Made by a program: the position numbers and the translations under genes. A stretch of DNA of 64,000 bases from Candidatus Latescibacterota bacterium (GTDB lineage Bacteria > Latescibacterota > UBA2968 > GCA-2709665): NCBI GenBank assembly GCA_965203805.1, contig OZ241917.1, positions 2,656,001-2,720,000 of the forward strand. The letters are read 5' to 3'. The notes under the pieces are model-generated. The model saw nothing but the letters and a program-made list of their open reading frames with translations, did not search any database and was not told the origin of the DNA. Shown here one piece after another: positions 39,152-48,136 of this stretch (its first letter is position 1; each line of letters begins with the position of its first letter).

Positions 39152-40440
39152 GCGCCGGCCTCCAGTTCGCCGGAACGGTGCAGGTCACCGAGAGTCGCGC
39201 CGGTAACGTTTTTGAGCATGTCAACAAGTGTTTTTCGGTCCGACGGGCGATGCCATAGGACCCTAGCATCGTCTTCATCCCGCGCCATCACCGCAACGTC
39301 TTCAATGTCAAAACAGTCAAGCAGATCCGGGCTGTGAGTCGTCACGAGCACCTGCGTGCGTTCCGAGGCAGTCTTGATCATCTCCGCGACGACAGGCAAC
39401 AATCCAGGATGCAGCCCCAATTCCGGTTCGTCAATTGCAACCAGCATGCGAGGCAACGGATTCAATAGGGCCGTTGCCAGGCACAGGAATCGTAGCATGC
39501 CATCCGAGAGATCCCATAGATTCATGGATCGATGCATGCCCTTCTCGCGCACACCCACGAGCACTTGCGGTGGCGTTCCATGGGTAGTGTCACAATGGAT
39601 CTCCTCAAATCCGGGATTGGCAACGCGCAGGAATTCGCGCAGTTCCTCTGCCGCCGAGCGGAAGTCATACCGAGTCAAAATTTCGTGAAGCACGGTTCCG
39701 AGATTGTCGCCATTGCTAGACAATGTTGTAAATGGCGAAATATCGGCGGGTTTTGTACGAAGCGATGAAGAACGAGTTACATCGAAGCCCGGATAGAACG
39801 TCATATTTGCCAACAAAACTCGCACTAGGGATGCAACAGGAAACTCGTTGAAGAACCGGATTTTCGAGAGTAGCAAGGCGACTTCTTGCTGTGCCGGCTG
39901 TGCCGGAACGCTGGGGTGCGCAGTTTCTGTGGAACCGGTCTCACCTACATTCACCTCTGACGGTTGCGCTTCATCAAAGGGTGTTAACTTTCTCTGTCTT
40001 CTGTCAAAAATCTGTTGCCGGTATGGGTTCGCCTCCAAGAACTTGAAGGGTTCGGTATGACCAGGTGCTGGCTTTTGATTTCTGAGAACTTCGTATCGGG
40101 TTTGCATTTGGTACAGAGTATCTGGCACTAACTCGACCGCGTACACCAGTGATTTTTCTTCTTCTAGTTGTAAAATGTCCGATAGGGCGGAGTGATGAAG
40201 AGTGATGCTCCATGTCAACTGTTTGTTAACATCATTCGCGGAAAGCAACGACGCCGCCCCATAATGCCAGCCAATTGCCGTATTCAGTGGAACTTCGCAA
40301 CACTCCGCGATTAATTGCAGGCAATCGATCAGCGTACTCTTGCCTACGGCATTTGCACCGATCACCACGGTGAGCGGCTTGAAATCGGCCTTGAAGTCGT
40401 CGAGAAGCCGGTAGCCCCCGATTTCGATTTCAGTAATCAT
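39148..40440 (-). CDS. ABC/AAA_21-type ATPase (AbiEii/OLD/RecF-like)
   Basis: Walker A GANAVGKS; signature LSDG; Walker B/D-loop IDEPELGLHP; H-loop VTTHS. Start MITEIEI. Confidence 0.9.
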   Translation of the reverse strand: MITEIEIGGYRLLDDFKADFKPLTVVIGANAVGKSTLIDCLQLIAECCEVPLNTAIGWHYGAASLLSANDVNKQLTWSITLHHSALSDILQLEEEKSLVYAVELVPDTLYQMQTRYEVLRNQKPAPGHTEPFKFLEANPYRQQIFDRRQRKLTPFDEAQPSEVNVGETGSTETAHPSVPAQPAQQEVALLLSKIRFFNEFPVASLVRVLLANMTFYPGFDVTRSSSLRTKPADISPFTTLSSNGDNLGTVLHEILTRYDFRSAAEELREFLRVANPGFEEIHCDTTHGTPPQVLVGVREKGMHRSMNLWDLSDGMLRFLCLATALLNPLPRMLVAIDEPELGLHPGLLPVVAEMIKTASERTQVLVTTHSPDLLDCFDIEDVAVMARDEDDARVLWHRPSDRKTLVDMLKNVTGATLGDLHRSGELEAGA

Positions 40441-40572
40441 GAGATTAACCCTTTCAATCCGATTGCCGCCTGCAGTATTTGATGTTGTCTGGCCCGGCAT
40501 CTGACGCCGGTATAGGTACAAGCGGTCGACGATCTCTTCAACGCGTGTCGACCGCCTGCGATACCGTCCAAC

Positions 40573-40589
40573 CCGGAAATTCGATCCCT
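40573..40589 (-). repeat. Right arm of inverted repeat flanking the 4-gene module
   Basis: CCGGAAATTCGATCCCT (reverse complement AGGGATCGAATTTCCGG). Confidence 0.5.
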
Positions 40590-40767
40590 TTGGCCGTTCG
40601 TCCCGGTATCGCACGGACGTGTGAACCGGGTATAATAAATGCCCCTTTTCAGATTCTCTGTCAAGGAGCATCACACAGGCAATGACTGTGCCGGATCAAC
40701 TACATTTCACTCACGATTCCGATCGTCGATCGCCATACGGACGGTTGGGGAGATTCGGTCTCTCCGG

Positions 40768-41394
40768 CTATTTCAACTGAACTTGGGGATCGTCCTCGTA
40801 CGCAGAATCGATCTGGACCAGGCGTTCCAGAATCAGACAGAACAGTTCGAAGAGATCCTTCAGTATCTCCGTCTCTTTGATCACGCCGTCGCATTCGAAA
40901 TACAACTCATCCACGCCGTCGGGAAAGTCCGCCCCGAACATGCCTTCGTCGTCTTTGATCCGGAGATGTACCTTCGGCTGTTTCCGGAACAAACCCCGTA
41001 TCCTTTCATCGGCGAGCAGCAGCTTGATCTTTTCCGGACTGTTGCCTTTGATCAGGAAGCGATCATCGAAAACCGGGTCCCCTATCTCTATGTCCTGCAT
41101 ACCGAGCAATTTGCCGATTGAACTAAAGAACCCCTCGTGCGATATATCGAAAGAGAGACCATCCTTGTTGATAAACGGCGCCCGCATCCGGGTTAACCGC
41201 GTTGTCACCATCATCGTTCCCGAGTAAGTCGACTCCGTACGGGTATCGAGGATGATCCGCCACTCGCCGTGATTGTACGCAACAGCATTGGCGCCCCAAA
41301 AGCCCCCGTCGATGAATTCACCCTCCATATCCGACGCTATCTGCCTCCAGATTTCGTCCTTCGACGGTCCGAATATGGATCTGCGGATACTCAC
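40768..41394 (-). CDS. Hypothetical protein (possibly DUF3137-like)
   Basis: FGPSKDEIW; TRMRAPF; GMQDIEIGD..FD..F.IKGN; GGAGG RBS. Confidence 0.65.
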   Translation of the reverse strand: MSIRRSIFGPSKDEIWRQIASDMEGEFIDGGFWGANAVAYNHGEWRIILDTRTESTYSGTMMVTTRLTRMRAPFINKDGLSFDISHEGFFSSIGKLLGMQDIEIGDPVFDDRFLIKGNSPEKIKLLLADERIRGLFRKQPKVHLRIKDDEGMFGADFPDGVDELYFECDGVIKETEILKDLFELFCLILERLVQIDSAYEDDPQVQLK

Positions 41395-41448
41395 ACTTCC
41401 TCCGGATTTCGGGGTTCTTTCAACACGTAGACTCCCGATAGGCCGCCC

Positions 41449-42189
41449 TTATTCCACAGCAAACAGCCGGTTGCGCGCCGGGAGGCTGACGATCTTCGAA
41501 TAGTGGTGGACTTTCAGATCGGGATTTTCGGGATCCACGGGGGTGGGCGCCTCGATGACGAAATCGGCGAAGTGCGGTGCGTTGAAGGCCACGAAGGCCA
41601 GCGACAGGCAATCGACAAGCCGGTCCGGCCGCTTCGAGAGGTCCGGAAAGGCGATCGGGCCGGTATCGACCTGGTAGCGGTCGTCCCCGCGGCGGGTATT
41701 CATGGTCTTTACCGGACATTCGATCAGCGCGCGAAGTCCGGTTTTTTCGTTGCGGATCTCCGTCTGCGAGACCAGCGGCGCGAAGCGGTATGTACCCTCG
41801 CGGATGGCCGTGTTCGACGGCAATTCTCGAATCCTGTCGCCCTCGACCAAATGGAGATCGTAGCCGCCGAACATCCGGTCGTACGGCTGCGTCTCACGGT
41901 ACCGGGCGCTGAAACAGGCCGGGCGCCGGAAGATGAGTCCTAAACGGGCGCTGAAGATAGGCAGGTAATCGTAATTGTCGCGTTTGAACAGGTCCCTGTT
42001 CTGAAACGTGTTCTCGCTCTTGCACGAGGCGGCCTGGTAGAAATCTTCGCAGGTCCCCGCTCTTTCGTCGAAAACGCGTGTGCGGGACTCGATCCAGAAG
42101 CGCGCCTCGTTGGCGGACCCCTTTCCAATGAGGAAAGAACGGCCGTAATCCAGCGGGGTCATTTCGAATCCGACTGCCCGAGTTCCCAT
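41449..42189 (-). CDS. Hypothetical protein
   Basis: Start MGTRAV lies 1 nt after the sulP stop; host-like codon usage. Confidence 0.65.
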   Translation of the reverse strand: MGTRAVGFEMTPLDYGRSFLIGKGSANEARFWIESRTRVFDERAGTCEDFYQAASCKSENTFQNRDLFKRDNYDYLPIFSARLGLIFRRPACFSARYRETQPYDRMFGGYDLHLVEGDRIRELPSNTAIREGTYRFAPLVSQTEIRNEKTGLRALIECPVKTMNTRRGDDRYQVDTGPIAFPDLSKRPDRLVDCLSLAFVAFNAPHFADFVIEAPTPVDPENPDLKVHHYSKIVSLPARNRLFAVE

Positions 42190-42190
42190 G

Positions 42191-44389
42191 CTATCGCTCC
42201 GTTCCCGGTTCGCCCCGCAGATGCCCGGCGAGAAGGTATCGATACAGCTTGAGCGCAAGCTCTTGTTCGTTCTCCTCCAGCTTGTCCAAAGCAACCGGCG
42301 TCAGCACCAGGGTTCGGCAGGGTTCGTCCGCAACGATCAGGGCCGCGGTCTGCCCGGGCGCGCCCGCCGGCCGGATCGAGTCACCCGGGCCGAGTTGAAA
42401 AAGGCGGGCGCCGGCGGAATCGTATCCGGAAGCCCTGCCGGAGAGCAGCAGTTGCAGACCGGATTTCGGCGCATCCGGTCCTGCGACGGCCTCGCCGGCA
42501 GAGTAATGACATTGGCCCAACCACCTCTGCAGTTCCTCCGTAAGGCTTTCGAAATCGATCTGACGCGCCAGGTAGCGCTCAAGGTCTTCCGCGGCGTGTT
42601 CCAGCAGAGAGGCGCGCCGTACCTCGGTCCTGTCGGCCTCCGCCTTCCAGGCCGACAGGAGGATCTCCTCCCCACGTTCGAGTGCGCGGTCCGCATCCGG
42701 CTCCACCAGCAATCCCGCATATACGGCAGGCGGAAGGTTATGTTCCAGCCCGGTCTGCAAACCCGCGGATAATCCGCTGAGTACAACCCGTACCCCGGCC
42801 GCGTTTGCCGTCTGCAGAAACCTGCTCAGGACGTTTACCGCCGAATAGTCGTAACCCGAAACGGCGCTGAAATCCAGTATCAGACAAACGGGTCGCGAAT
42901 CGCCTTTCAGGGAATTCCTGAGATGGTCGACGAGAGGACATACGCTACCGAAGAAAATGTAGCCCCGCAGCCGGTAGGCCTGCGCCCGCCCCCCTTCTTC
43001 CATCAGGATGGCGCGATCGGGGACGGGACGGGACCTGTTACTCCTTCGTTCGCGCACGGCGAACTGCGATTCGATCGGGTCGACGCGGCTGAGGCGCACG
43101 GCGAAAAACACGAGTGTAGCGAGCATCCCGACGCCCACGCCCTCGGCCATTCCGAAAGACGTGATCACAACGAAAATCAGCAGAATGATGCCGTATTCAG
43201 TCCGTGGGAGCCGCCTGCGGCTTGCCACGAGACCCTGGTCCAGCAAGCCCGCGCCGGCAAAGACCAGGATTCCGCCGATGAGCGGCGCAGGAACAAGCTC
43301 CAGCATCGCGTCTCCAAGAAACAATGCCCCCCCGATCACGAGCGCGGCGACCACTCCGGTCAACCTTGTTGTGGCCCCGAGCAACTTGCTGCGCAGGGAG
43401 GCCGGCACGACAATCGTCGACACCGTGCCGCCGCCGAGACCGGCGACCATACTCGTGACGCCCGTCACCCGGAACTCCCGGTCCCAGTCCAACTCCTGAT
43501 TCACCGCCAGCTCCAGGCCGGCGAAATTCATCACCACCGCGATAAACGCAACCAGAACCAGCGTCAGCATGTGGGGGGTCTGTCGGACCATGGCGGACCA
43601 TTGCACGTTTGCCAGGTCGGCCGGGTACAGGGTGGGCCACAGGTTCCCGTCAGTCGTTCTGCTGAGCAGCAGGCCCTCCGCCCGCGCAGTCTCGCCCGAA
43701 ATCCCGAGGCTGGCGAGGGCATAATGGAACGCGACGACGAAAAGCGCGACGCTCACCGGCATGATCAGCGGGTTCGCCCAGCGCTTCATCGCGAAATAAA
43801 GCGCGACCCCATACACCGCGCCCGGGCTCCATTTCCAGAACGCGGACGGGCCGAAGAGCGCGGGAATCGCGTAGAAGTCCGGTTTGGATCCCATCAGCGA
43901 CATCGCGGCGAGGCATACGGCCCCACCGATTCCGGCCACGAATCCACCCGCCACCGGATAGGGGATGAAGCGCATCAGGTTTGCCAGCCGGAAGCGTCCG
44001 ATGACGAGGCAGCCCGCGCCGGTGACCACTGCGGTCAGGATGAGCGCGACCGATGTCGTGACGAAAAGCGCATGGCCCTCGGCATCCATCGTGGATCCGA
44101 CCGCAGCCATGACGACGACCAGGACTGGAGACAAACCCGCAATTGCTCCTCGGTAACCGCCCCCGAGGGCGATGAACAGACACGCGGCGAAATTCCCGAA
44201 GAGCACCAGCCCGATTCCCTGCGAGGAATAGGCCGCAAGAGGACCCGAGAATATAAAACTCGCGAAGGCGACCTGGGCAACCAGCAACCCCAGACCCGCC
44301 GTAAATCCGGCCGTCAGCGCCGGAACCGTCTTCACGGACCCCAAGTCGGCGCGCAGCTCGAATACGAGATCTCTGAGAAAGGAATTCAT
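42191..44389 (-). CDS. SulP-family anion transporter with STAS and cNMP-binding domains
   Basis: Many TM helices; RFIPYPV.GGF.AG.G; LRGYIFFGS and ILDFSAV.G.D.SA (STAS); C-terminal cNMP-like domain. Confidence 0.88.
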   Translation of the reverse strand: MNSFLRDLVFELRADLGSVKTVPALTAGFTAGLGLLVAQVAFASFIFSGPLAAYSSQGIGLVLFGNFAACLFIALGGGYRGAIAGLSPVLVVVMAAVGSTMDAEGHALFVTTSVALILTAVVTGAGCLVIGRFRLANLMRFIPYPVAGGFVAGIGGAVCLAAMSLMGSKPDFYAIPALFGPSAFWKWSPGAVYGVALYFAMKRWANPLIMPVSVALFVVAFHYALASLGISGETARAEGLLLSRTTDGNLWPTLYPADLANVQWSAMVRQTPHMLTLVLVAFIAVVMNFAGLELAVNQELDWDREFRVTGVTSMVAGLGGGTVSTIVVPASLRSKLLGATTRLTGVVAALVIGGALFLGDAMLELVPAPLIGGILVFAGAGLLDQGLVASRRRLPRTEYGIILLIFVVITSFGMAEGVGVGMLATLVFFAVRLSRVDPIESQFAVRERRSNRSRPVPDRAILMEEGGRAQAYRLRGYIFFGSVCPLVDHLRNSLKGDSRPVCLILDFSAVSGYDYSAVNVLSRFLQTANAAGVRVVLSGLSAGLQTGLEHNLPPAVYAGLLVEPDADRALERGEEILLSAWKAEADRTEVRRASLLEHAAEDLERYLARQIDFESLTEELQRWLGQCHYSAGEAVAGPDAPKSGLQLLLSGRASGYDSAGARLFQLGPGDSIRPAGAPGQTAALIVADEPCRTLVLTPVALDKLEENEQELALKLYRYLLAGHLRGEPGTER

Positions 44390-44391
44390 CG

Positions 44392-44448
44392 TCAATCGTC
44401 CAGAGGCAGCCTGACGGCTTCGCCAGTCTGCGACGATCGGTAAGCGGC
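44392..44448 (-). pseudogene. Orphan 3' end of a Gfo/Idh/MocA oxidoreductase gene
   Basis: Translates AAYRSSQTGEAVRLPLDD*; 44405-44448 is 37/44 nt identical to 46146-46189. Confidence 0.75.
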
Positions 44449-44549
44449 AGTCATCCAGCGGGGTCAGGGTCGCGCGAAGGTAGAACGGGACCGGCAGGCG
44501 TGTCGCACCGCGAAATACTGCCAGATGCAGTACAATATTCAAATTGAAC

Positions 44550-44578
44550 TTGAATTTTGCACCGATTCTCCTTACCTT
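44550..44578 (+). promoter_or_regulatory. Putative promoter for the AAA-DUF4143 gene
   Basis: TTGAAT-17bp-TACCTT; TAAGGAG RBS downstream. Confidence 0.45.
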
Positions 44579-44616
44579 GTCCGTAAGGCGCGCCCACTCA
44601 GATAAGGAGCGGAACC

Positions 44617-45774
44617 GTGTTCAACCGACAACTCGCCAACGAATTGGCCGCGACGGCAAGAGAGTTCCCCGTGGTTACAATCATCGGACCTCGGCAGGCG
44701 GGAAAAACCACGTTGGCGCGAATGCAATTCCCCCACCACGCGTATGCGAACCTTGAAGCGCCCGATATACGAATGCTCGCAAGAAGCGACCCGCACGCTT
44801 TCTTCTCGCATTTCTCGCCGCCCGTCATCATCGACGAGATTCAGCGTGTGCCCGAATTGCTCTCTACGATCCAGGTTCTGGCCGACAACAGCCGTAAGCG
44901 GGGGCAATATATCCTCACAGGCAGTCACCAGCTGGGCCTTCAGGAAGCCGTTGTCCAATCCCTGGCCGGACGCACCGCTCTCTTGCGTCTGCTGCCACTG
45001 TCGATCTCGGAACTCGGCGCAAACGGCATCACACACACGCGCGATGAATATATATATCAGGGTTTTATGCCACGCCTCTACAGCGAAAAAGTCAATCCCA
45101 CCCGCCTGTACAGAAGTTACTGTCAGACCTATATCGAGCGCGACATCAGACAGATGATCAACCTCAGGCGCCTGGCAGACTTCGAGAACTTTACGCGCCT
45201 GCTGGCCGGACGCGTCGGTCAGGTTTTGAATCTGAATTCTCTGTCTAACGACGTGGGTGTCTCAAGTACCACGCTAAAGGAATGGCTCTCCGTGCTCGAA
45301 GCGTCTTACACCGTATTCAGATTAAACCCTTATTTCGAGAACTTCGGAAAACGCATCATCAAATCGCCGAAAATCTATTTTACCGAAGTCGGGCTTGCGT
45401 CCTATTTGCTCGGCATTGAATCGCCCGCGCTTGTTACCCGTGACCCACTGATCGGTAATCTCTTTGAAAACCTGGTCGTGATCGAAGCGTTGAAAGCCAG
45501 GCTGAACGCGGGAAAAGAGCCGGAACTCTATTTCTACCGTGACAACAAAGGCAATGAAGTGGACCTGCTGTTCAGGAAGAACAGGCGTTTAGTCCCAATT
45601 GAGATCAAATCGGCAATGACGTTTCATCCGGAATTCACAAAAGGAATCGCGCGGTTTCGAAAAATCGCGTCAGACACGGCGGAAGGCTATGTCGTATACG
45701 CCGGGAATCTGACACCCGAACTGCCCCATGCGCGCGTATTGCACTTTACGGATGTGAAGAAAATCTTTCGATAG
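44617..45774 (+). CDS. AAA_14 ATPase with DUF4143 (PD-(D/E)xK-like) C-terminus
   Basis: GPRQAGKTT; IDEIQRVP; ILTGS; YIERD; KSPKIYF; LFEN; YFYRD...EVD; IEIK. Confidence 0.9.
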   Translation: MFNRQLANELAATAREFPVVTIIGPRQAGKTTLARMQFPHHAYANLEAPDIRMLARSDPHAFFSHFSPPVIIDEIQRVPELLSTIQVLADNSRKRGQYILTGSHQLGLQEAVVQSLAGRTALLRLLPLSISELGANGITHTRDEYIYQGFMPRLYSEKVNPTRLYRSYCQTYIERDIRQMINLRRLADFENFTRLLAGRVGQVLNLNSLSNDVGVSSTTLKEWLSVLEASYTVFRLNPYFENFGKRIIKSPKIYFTEVGLASYLLGIESPALVTRDPLIGNLFENLVVIEALKARLNAGKEPELYFYRDNKGNEVDLLFRKNRRLVPIEIKSAMTFHPEFTKGIARFRKIASDTAEGYVVYAGNLTPELPHARVLHFTDVKKIFR

Positions 45775-45919
45775 TCGAAGCCGCCTGGACCGGAGCAAGT
45801 TCCCGGAGATATCTCACCCTGGTGTCCTGTCCCAAAAATACCTTACCATTCTTCCGCCTGCCTGCGCAGTGCCCTGCGCTGCAGGCAGGCCGATTCATCC
45901 CGTCTGTCGACGTTGCTTG

Positions 45920-46016
45920 CACTGAGATTGCCGAAGTGGCTTGTCGAAGTGCCATCGCTCGCCGACCTGGCCAGGTCGCATGCGCTCTGGCGCTGGGTCC
46001 TGAGCCTGTCGAAGGA
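45920..46016. repeat. REP-like intergenic repeat cluster with a perfect palindrome
   Basis: CACTGAGATTGCCGAAGTG, GCTTGTCGAAGTG and GTCCTGAGCCTGTCGAAGGA, plus the 16-bp palindrome CGACCTGGCCAGGTCG (45963-45978). Confidence 0.5.
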
Positions 46017-46099
46017 TGCGAGCCGGCCGACTCGACGGCCGAATTCAGGCAACTTATTTCCGGGACAGAACACTCGCATCCGCACTGGCGCAAGCGTAC

Positions 46100-47173
46100 T
46101 CAGAAAGCCGACGTCATCCGGCCCCCGCCAGGCCCGGCGCCCGGCGGCAGCTTGATCGCCTCACCGGTCTGCGACGATCGGTATGCGGCCAGAGCGATCT
46201 CGACCGCGGCCCGGCCGTCTTCCCCTGTAACCGGAGGGGGGGTGTCGTTGACGATACAGTCGATAAAATCCCGCACCTCGTCGGCAAAGGCTTTCTGCCG
46301 TGGATCGTCCACCGCCGCGTGGTCGTACACGGTTTCCCATTTCGACGCGCCGTCGCGGGCGACTTTGACTTTATTGTAAGGGTCGACCTCCATCAGGCCT
46401 TTGTCGCCCACGAGTTCCGCGGCGCAACTGAAGCCCCTCCAGCCCGGTGGCGGAAGCGCTTCGGAGTAGATGAGGTGGGCGCTGCCGCCGTTCCGGAAGC
46501 CAATCATGACCATGTTGGACGTCACGTCGCCGGGCACCTCGGTTCGCAGCGAATAGGACCGCGCGAAAACATAGTCGGCTTCGCTTTCGAACCACCAGCG
46601 CAACCGGTCGATATTGTGGACGCCCCACCCGATGAGGCCGCCCGGACCGTAGAGATCCAGGTCCGTGAACCATGCCCGGTCGGGGTCGGGCTTGCGGTAC
46701 CCGGACGTGGCGAGGGTGTCCCGGCACATCAGAAGCCGGCCGATGGCGCCTTCCTCCAGCAGGCGTTTGGAAATCGCGTCGCCCTCCCAGTACCGGTGGC
46801 TCTGTGCAACCATGAGCTTCCGATTCATGCGCGCCGCCGTCTGAATGATGGCGTCGCACTTCTCCAGCGTGATTTCCAACGGTTTTTCCACGAGGACGTG
46901 CTTGCCGGCTTCAAGAGCGGCGATGGCGTGTCCGGCATGCATGGCGTGGGGCGTGGTTACGATAACGGCGTGGATATCGTCCCTGGAAACCAGAGATTCC
47001 ATGCTTTCCTCGTAGTCCAGGCCGTATTCGCCGGCGAGGGCGGGACCGACTCCGGGCAGCCGGGCGGGGTCGTTCACGGCGACGGCTTTTCCCTGCGCCA
47101 CGTCTCTCAGGGCGTCTATATGCGTACGCCCCATTTTTCCTGCGCCGACGATGCCCACGCGTACACTTTCCAT
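46100..47173 (-). CDS. Gfo/Idh/MocA family oxidoreductase
   Basis: VGIVGAGKMG; GKHVLVEKP; GVHNID; C-terminal AAYRSSQTG. Confidence 0.92.
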   Translation of the reverse strand: MESVRVGIVGAGKMGRTHIDALRDVAQGKAVAVNDPARLPGVGPALAGEYGLDYEESMESLVSRDDIHAVIVTTPHAMHAGHAIAALEAGKHVLVEKPLEITLEKCDAIIQTAARMNRKLMVAQSHRYWEGDAISKRLLEEGAIGRLLMCRDTLATSGYRKPDPDRAWFTDLDLYGPGGLIGWGVHNIDRLRWWFESEADYVFARSYSLRTEVPGDVTSNMVMIGFRNGGSAHLIYSEALPPPGWRGFSCAAELVGDKGLMEVDPYNKVKVARDGASKWETVYDHAAVDDPRQKAFADEVRDFIDCIVNDTPPPVTGEDGRAAVEIALAAYRSSQTGEAIKLPPGAGPGGGRMTSAF

Positions 47174-47219
47174 AGGGTCCTCTCAATCGTTGGAAGAGAC
47201 GGGAAGCGGCGGTTCCGCT

Positions 47220-48116
47220 TTACAGCAGGCGTTTGCGCTTGGCAAGATAATTGAACAGCACCGTATCGAAGGGCATGGCGGTATCAAGCAGCACGTAGTC
47301 GATGAGGCTTTCCCGGCATTCGAGACCGAATTGCCCGGTGAGGGCATCCATGCGGTCCCGGTAATCGGATGCGATATGCCAGGGTTCGGTGGTCACGGAA
47401 GCGCCGGATTCGAGGTCGACGAACCGGGTTTCGCGACCGAAGTCGAGATCCCGTTCCCTCGGGTCCAGTATGTGGAAGACGATGACTTCGTGCTTGCGGT
47501 GACGAAAGTGTTTCAGTCCGGAAAGCAATGAACGCGGGTCGTCCATCAGATCGGACAGAACCACGATGAGGCCGCGGCGAACAATGCGTTCGGCCAGGCT
47601 GTGGAAGGTCGTGGCCAGGTCCGTGTCTTCGCCCTTCGGGTCGGTATTCTGAAGCGTTTCGAGCAGGGCGGGCAGTTGGGTCCCCGCGGACCTTGGCGGC
47701 AGGTAGGATCGGATTCCGCGATCGAAGGACACCAGACCGACGGCGTCACGCTGTCGGAGCATCAGGTACGACAGCGCCGCCGCGGTATAGGTGGCGTACT
47801 GAAATTTCGTCACGGCGCTCGAGCCATAGGCCATTGACGCGCTGGCGTCCAGCAGGATGTAGGCCTTGAGGTTGGTTTCTTCTTCGAATTGTTTTACATA
47901 AAGTCTGTCGGTTTTGCCAAAGACCTTCCAGTCGACGTTTCGCGGCGGGTCGCCCGGTATATACTGACGATACTCGGAGAACTCAACCGAGAATCCGTGA
48001 TACGGACTCTGATGCAGGCCCGTGATGAAGCCCTCAACCACGAGGCGGGCGACCAGATCGAGGCCGGACAGGCGGGCGACAACTTCGGGCTGGAGATAGG
48101 TGCGGAATTCGGGCAT
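47220..48116 (-). CDS. DUF58 (vWA) domain protein
   Basis: G.HQSPYHGFSVEFSEYRQY.PGD; VDWK; YVKQFEEE; LDASASM. Confidence 0.92.
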   Translation of the reverse strand: MPEFRTYLQPEVVARLSGLDLVARLVVEGFITGLHQSPYHGFSVEFSEYRQYIPGDPPRNVDWKVFGKTDRLYVKQFEEETNLKAYILLDASASMAYGSSAVTKFQYATYTAAALSYLMLRQRDAVGLVSFDRGIRSYLPPRSAGTQLPALLETLQNTDPKGEDTDLATTFHSLAERIVRRGLIVVLSDLMDDPRSLLSGLKHFRHRKHEVIVFHILDPRERDLDFGRETRFVDLESGASVTTEPWHIASDYRDRMDALTGQFGLECRESLIDYVLLDTAMPFDTVLFNYLAKRKRLL

Positions 48117-48136
48117 GGGCGCTGGCGACTGCGGTA

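Noticed and set aside
38483-40440. Calling the pair PARIS, Septu or Gabija outright
   Set aside because: The partner looks like DUF4276, not DUF4435 or HNH; ATPase and TOPRIM-like domains are separate; the helicase is RecQ rather than UvrD. The relationship is only an analogy.
40441-40674. N-terminal extension of the ATPase in the ORF track, including a possible antitoxin-like remnant (VEEIVDRLY) and a GCGGTCGAC hairpin
   Set aside because: The ATPase family start MITEIEI is at 40440; the remnant similarity is too short to support a call.
40768-42189. Two hypothetical genes as part of the candidate defence module
   Set aside because: They lie outside the inverted repeat and are separated by a ~330-nt spacer; the second is coupled to sulP instead.
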